38,241 nt of DNA from an uncultured Ruminiclostridium sp. (GTDB lineage Bacteria > Bacillota > Clostridia > Oscillospirales > Ruminococcaceae). The position numbers and the translations under genes are program-made. The stretch covers positions 1 through 38,241 of the forward strand of contig CAZGRB010000001.1 of assembly GCA_964527695.1 (NCBI GenBank), read 5' to 3'. A model generated the notes under the pieces. The model made no database searches. It was not told the origin of the DNA and worked only from the letters and a program-made list of their open reading frames with translations. Below are positions 34,787 to 38,241 of this stretch, piece by piece. Positions within the stretch are counted from its first letter, which is position 1; every line of letters starts with the position of its first letter.

Positions 34787-35317
34787 ATGACAAACGAATT
34801 TTTACTTGCAGGCTTCGGCGGTCAGGGTATCCTTTTCGCAGGTAAGCTTTTAGCATACGTTGGTTTATACGCAGGCAAGGAAGTTTCATGGCTTCCCTCC
34901 TACGGTCCCGAAATGCGCGGCGGTACTTGCAACTGCTCCGTAACAGTAAGCGATGACCCCATCGGCTCCCCCCTCATTCTTGAGCCCTCTGAGCTTATGG
35001 TTATGAACACCCCCAGCTTTGACAAGTTCATCGGAACTGTAAAGGCAAGCGGTATGGCATTTATCGACAGCACTCTTGTTGACGGCACAACAGACAGAAC
35101 TGATATCAAGTGCTTCTGGATTCCCGCAACACAGCTGGCTAATGACAACGACCTCAAGGGCATGGCAAACATTATCCTTACAGGTAAAATCCTCAAGGAA
35201 ACAGGTCTTGATGATATGGCTGTTGTTGAAAAGGCTCTTGCAAAGGTTATTCCCCCCAAGAAGGCAAACCTTCTTGATGCAAACTTAAAGGCTTTAAAGC
35301 TTGGTATGGAAGCGTGA
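34787..35317 (+). CDS. 2-oxoacid:ferredoxin oxidoreductase gamma subunit
   Basis: AGFGGQG and SYGPEMRGG. Confidence 0.93.
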   Translation: MTNEFLLAGFGGQGILFAGKLLAYVGLYAGKEVSWLPSYGPEMRGGTCNCSVTVSDDPIGSPLILEPSELMVMNTPSFDKFIGTVKASGMAFIDSTLVDGTTDRTDIKCFWIPATQLANDNDLKGMANIILTGKILKETGLDDMAVVEKALAKVIPPKKANLLDANLKALKLGMEA

Positions 35318-35359
35318 AGCGAGCCGCTTCGGGCAGTTCACGCCCTATGAATTAAAAAG

Positions 35360-35424
35360 AACAGGACTACACGAAAGTGTAGTCCTGTTTAAATAAAAAA
35401 GACCGCACAACGTGCAGTCTTTTT
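35360..35424. terminator. Two tandem terminators between the vor operon and the XRE gene
   Basis: AACAGGACTACAC-GAAA-GTGTAGTCCTGTT and AAAAAGACCGCAC-AAC-GTGCAGTCTTTTT. Confidence 0.85.
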
Positions 35425-35426
35425 AA

Positions 35427-36092
35427 TCACATTAATTTTTTCAGCTGGCTTTCGCTGCTCTTGATAAGGCTTAACAGCGCAGGAGCCTGCTTCGGGTAAT
35501 CCGTTTCAATCATTACCGTTGAAATTTCGGGAGCATTCTGCTCAGTTTCCTTTATTGCCGAAGCGGCAGCGCCCTCATTGATTTCGGCACCTGCACTTGC
35601 CATACGGCAGGCGGATTCATTTCCGATTTCAAACATTGTGTCGCTGTTTTTCGCATTGGTACGGTAAATGATACGGAAAACCTTATAAACCGTGAAATTC
35701 AGAATATTTGTCACGGCGTTATTCAGCTTTGAATTACCTATTCTTGATAAAATATTGTATATAACCTCGATACTGTTTGTGAGAAGCTTCTTTGAAAGCG
35801 TAATGGAAATATCTGCGCCGAAGCGTGCCTTTTCATGGGTCTGCGTGTCGGGAATCTGGCTTTCCACAATAACGCTTCCCGTACTCATAGGAGAACGACC
35901 GAGAAGATAATCGGTGGAAACATTGTAGTAATCCGCCGCTCTTACGAGAAAGTCAAGACCGCATTCTCTCTTGCCCTTTTCATAATGGGACAGAAGCGCC
36001 TGTGCTACACCAAGTGCCGCAGCTGCATCCTTCTGACTTATATGACGCTCTTTTCTCAGCAGGGACAGAATTCGGGGAAAATCACTGTTCAT
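35427..36092 (-). CDS. XRE-family HTH transcriptional regulator with uncharacterised C-terminal domain
   Basis: LRKERHISQKDAAAALGVAQALLSHYEKGKRE...ADYYNVSTDYLLGR. RBS AAAGGAG before ATG 36092. Confidence 0.9.
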   Translation of the reverse strand: MNSDFPRILSLLRKERHISQKDAAAALGVAQALLSHYEKGKRECGLDFLVRAADYYNVSTDYLLGRSPMSTGSVIVESQIPDTQTHEKARFGADISITLSKKLLTNSIEVIYNILSRIGNSKLNNAVTNILNFTVYKVFRIIYRTNAKNSDTMFEIGNESACRMASAGAEINEGAAASAIKETEQNAPEISTVMIETDYPKQAPALLSLIKSSESQLKKLM

Positions 36093-36120
36093 CGCAAATA
36101 CTCCTTTCAACAAATAGTCA

Positions 36121-36189
36121 TGCAGTTGCTGATAGCAACTGCACAAATGTCGCATTGTATATTATATTAAATTTTTTCCGTATTGTAAA
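36121..36189 (-). promoter_or_regulatory. XRE gene promoter plus perfect palindrome in the 5' UTR
   Basis: TTTACA-17-TATAAT at 36161-36189; TGCAGTTGCT-N3-AGCAACTGCA at 36121-36143. Confidence 0.65.
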
Positions 36190-36315
36190 GTGGCATTTTC
36201 GACAAAAAATTGTTGAAAGATTATATATAATATACTAAATAATCGCTCTACCTCCGCTTTTTTCGGGATTTCACCCCTGAAAAACGTTTTTTCAGATACA
36301 GAAAGGACTGAAAAT

Positions 36316-36924
36316 ATGAAGAATTACACCATCTATCTTATCCGCCACGGCATAACACAGGGCAATCTGGAAGGCAGATATATAGGTCTTACCGACCTGC
36401 CCCTGTGCGATGAGGGCTACTACGCCATAAACCGCTATGCCCACGTCAGGCTCTATCCGTCTGTGCAGAAGGTTTATTCAAGCCCGCTGAAAAGATGCCT
36501 CGAAACTGCGGATATTATCTATCCCGACCGCTATGTAAAACAGATTGACAACATTGCGGAATGTGATTTCGGAGAATTCGAGGGCAAGACTCAGGAAGAA
36601 CTTGAAAACCTGCCCGAGTACACCGAATGGCTTAAGGGCGGCTATGACGCAAAGGCTCCGGGAGGAGAAACCTTCGGTGAATTTACACTCCGCTGTCTTG
36701 ACGGACTTGAAGAAATTTTCAAGGATATGATGCATGACCAGGTTACAAAGGCGGCAGTAATCACCCACGGCGGTGTTATAATGAACCTGCTTTCGGGCTA
36801 CGGTCTCCCCAAGGGCAGACCTGCGGATTTTGCTCTTAACCAGGGTGAGTGCTGGCAGATAAACCTTTCCACATATCTGTGGCAGAAAGGCCCTGTTTTT
36901 GAAATTGTAGGAAGAATTATATAA
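36316..36924 (+). CDS. Histidine phosphatase superfamily protein (CobC/GpmB-like)
   Basis: LIRHG, SSPLKRCLETA, ECDFGEFEG, PGGE and THGG. Confidence 0.9.
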   Translation: MKNYTIYLIRHGITQGNLEGRYIGLTDLPLCDEGYYAINRYAHVRLYPSVQKVYSSPLKRCLETADIIYPDRYVKQIDNIAECDFGEFEGKTQEELENLPEYTEWLKGGYDAKAPGGETFGEFTLRCLDGLEEIFKDMMHDQVTKAAVITHGGVIMNLLSGYGLPKGRPADFALNQGECWQINLSTYLWQKGPVFEIVGRII

Positions 36925-36939
36925 AGGAAGGAACACACA

Positions 36940-38241
36940 ATGAACATTATCGAACAGCTCGCAGGCGAGCTTAAAATCAGAACAACACAGGCAGAAGCCG
37001 CTGTAAAGCTTATGGACGACGGCAACACTATCCCCTTTATTGCAAGATACCGTAAGGAAGCTACGGGCGGACTGGACGACCAGCTTTTACGTGAGCTTTT
37101 TGAAAGACTTACATATCTTCGTAACCTGGAAAAGCGCAAGGAAGAGGTTGCCGCAGCTATTGAAGGCTTAGAGCTTATGACCGATGAAATCCGTGATATG
37201 CTCACAAAGGCGGTTACTCTCGCTGAAGTTGAGGATATTTACCGCCCCTTCAAGCCCAAGAAGAAGACCCGTGCAGGCATTGCAAAGGAAAAAGGCTTAC
37301 AGCCTCTTGCAGATTTCATTATGGAGCAGACTCTGAAAGACCCCTATGCGGAAGCGGAGCAGTATGTTGACGAAGAAAAGAAGGTAATGTCCGTTGAAGA
37401 AGCTATTGCAGGCGCTTCGGATATTATTGCGGAAGCTATTTCTGATGATACCAACCTCAGAAAGTCTCTCGGCGCATTCTACGACCGCACTGCCATTATC
37501 GTTTCAAAGCAGGCGAAGGAAGCCGAAGACAGCGTTTATGAAAACTACTATGATTACAGCGAGGGAGCAGCAAAAATTCCCACTCACCGTATCTTAGCAA
37601 TCGACAGAGGCGAGCGTGAGGAAATTCTGAAAGTTACCGTTGAGGCTGAAGAAGCTGACGCAATGAGAATTATCGAAAAGTCTTTCGTAAAGGCTAAGAA
37701 CACCAACGGCGACCTTGTAAAGACAGCCGCAGAGGACGCATACAAGCGTCTTATCCACCCCTCAATTGAAAGACGTGTGCGTAACGACCTTACCGAAAAG
37801 GCTTGCACCGCCGCTATCCACGTATTCAGCGACAACCTCCGTCAGCTGCTTATGCAGCCTCCCGTAAAGGGCACTGTTACTCTCGGTCTTGACCCTGCAT
37901 ACCGTACAGGCTGTAAGATTGCAGTTGTTGACGACACAGGCAAGGTGCTTGACACAACAGTAGTTTACCCCACACCTCCCCAGAGCAAAATCGCTGAAGC
38001 AAAGGACAAGCTTAAAAAGCTTATCGCAAAGCACGGCGTTACAACTATCGCTATCGGCAACGGCACAGCAAGCCACGAAAGCGAATGCTTCGTAGCGGAA
38101 ATGATAAAGGAAATCCCCACTCCCGTAAGCTACATGGTAGTTTCCGAGGCAGGTGCTTCCGTCTACTCTGCTAGTAAGCTTGCCGCTGAGGAATTCCCCG
38201 AATACGACGTATCTTTAAGAAGTGCTGTTTCCATTGCAAGA
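36940..38241 (+). CDS. tex: Tex-family transcription accessory protein (5' part; runs off the window edge)
   Basis: Not in the ORF track. Manual translation gives MNIIEQLAGELKIRTTQAEAAVKLMDDGNTIPFIARYRKEATGGLDD...EDIYRPFKPKKKTRA...LGLDPAYRTGCK...AIGNGTASHES...VSEAGASVYSAS. Confidence 0.96.
   Translation, partial: MNIIEQLAGELKIRTTQAEAAVKLMDDGNTIPFIARYRKEATGGLDDQLLRELFERLTYLRNLEKRKEEVAAAIEGLELMTDEIRDMLTKAVTLAEVEDIYRPFKPKKKTRAGIAKEKGLQPLADFIMEQTLKDPYAEAEQYVDEEKKVMSVEEAIAGASDIIAEAISDDTNLRKSLGAFYDRTAIIVSKQAKEAEDSVYENYYDYSEGAAKIPTHRILAIDRGEREEILKVTVEAEEADAMRIIEKSFVKAKNTNGDLVKTAAEDAYKRLIHPSIERRVRNDLTEKACTAAIHVFSDNLRQLLMQPPVKGTVTLGLDPAYRTGCKIAVVDDTGKVLDTTVVYPTPPQSKIAEAKDKLKKLIAKHGVTTIAIGNGTASHESECFVAEMIKEIPTPVSYMVVSEAGASVYSASKLAAEEFPEYDVSLRSAVSIAR

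Noticed and set aside
35427..36092. Prophage repressor
   Set aside because: No integrase, cro-like or structural genes; flanked by housekeeping loci.
36798..38076. Several short ORFs in the last 1.4 kb
   Set aside because: Shadows of the phosphatase 3' end and the open-ended tex frame starting at 36940.

Overview
A gene-dense chromosomal window that appears to come from a Clostridia (Oscillospiraceae/Ruminococcaceae-like) bacterium; the taxon is inferred from gene content, sigma-A promoters and AGGAG RBSs. Most of it is housekeeping: partial scpA, a site-2 protease, 3-methyladenine glycosylase, pnp-rpsO, rsmE, rimI, polA, ppk1, a vor-type 2-oxoacid:ferredoxin oxidoreductase operon and partial tex. 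It also holds envelope and accessory genes: CapA-like and VanY-like lipoproteins, a GH5 glycosidase, an MCP, a DUF3592-like pair and ComFB. I found no rRNA, tRNA, CRISPR array, integrase or transposase. The best leads are: (1) two back-to-back MoxR AAA+/DUF58/membrane-protein operons, one with a transglutaminase-like protein and one without, the latter apparently co-transcribed behind a DHH phosphoesterase; (2) a stand-alone AraD epimerase with a ~100-aa disordered C-terminal tail; (3) a long dsRNA stem in the pnp leader that may be an RNase III site; (4) a 51-aa ORF missing from the ORF track, followed by a TGAAAT-spaced hairpin array; (5) other REP-like mini-elements and candidate operators. 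All family assignments come from motif recognition by eye; no database search was run.
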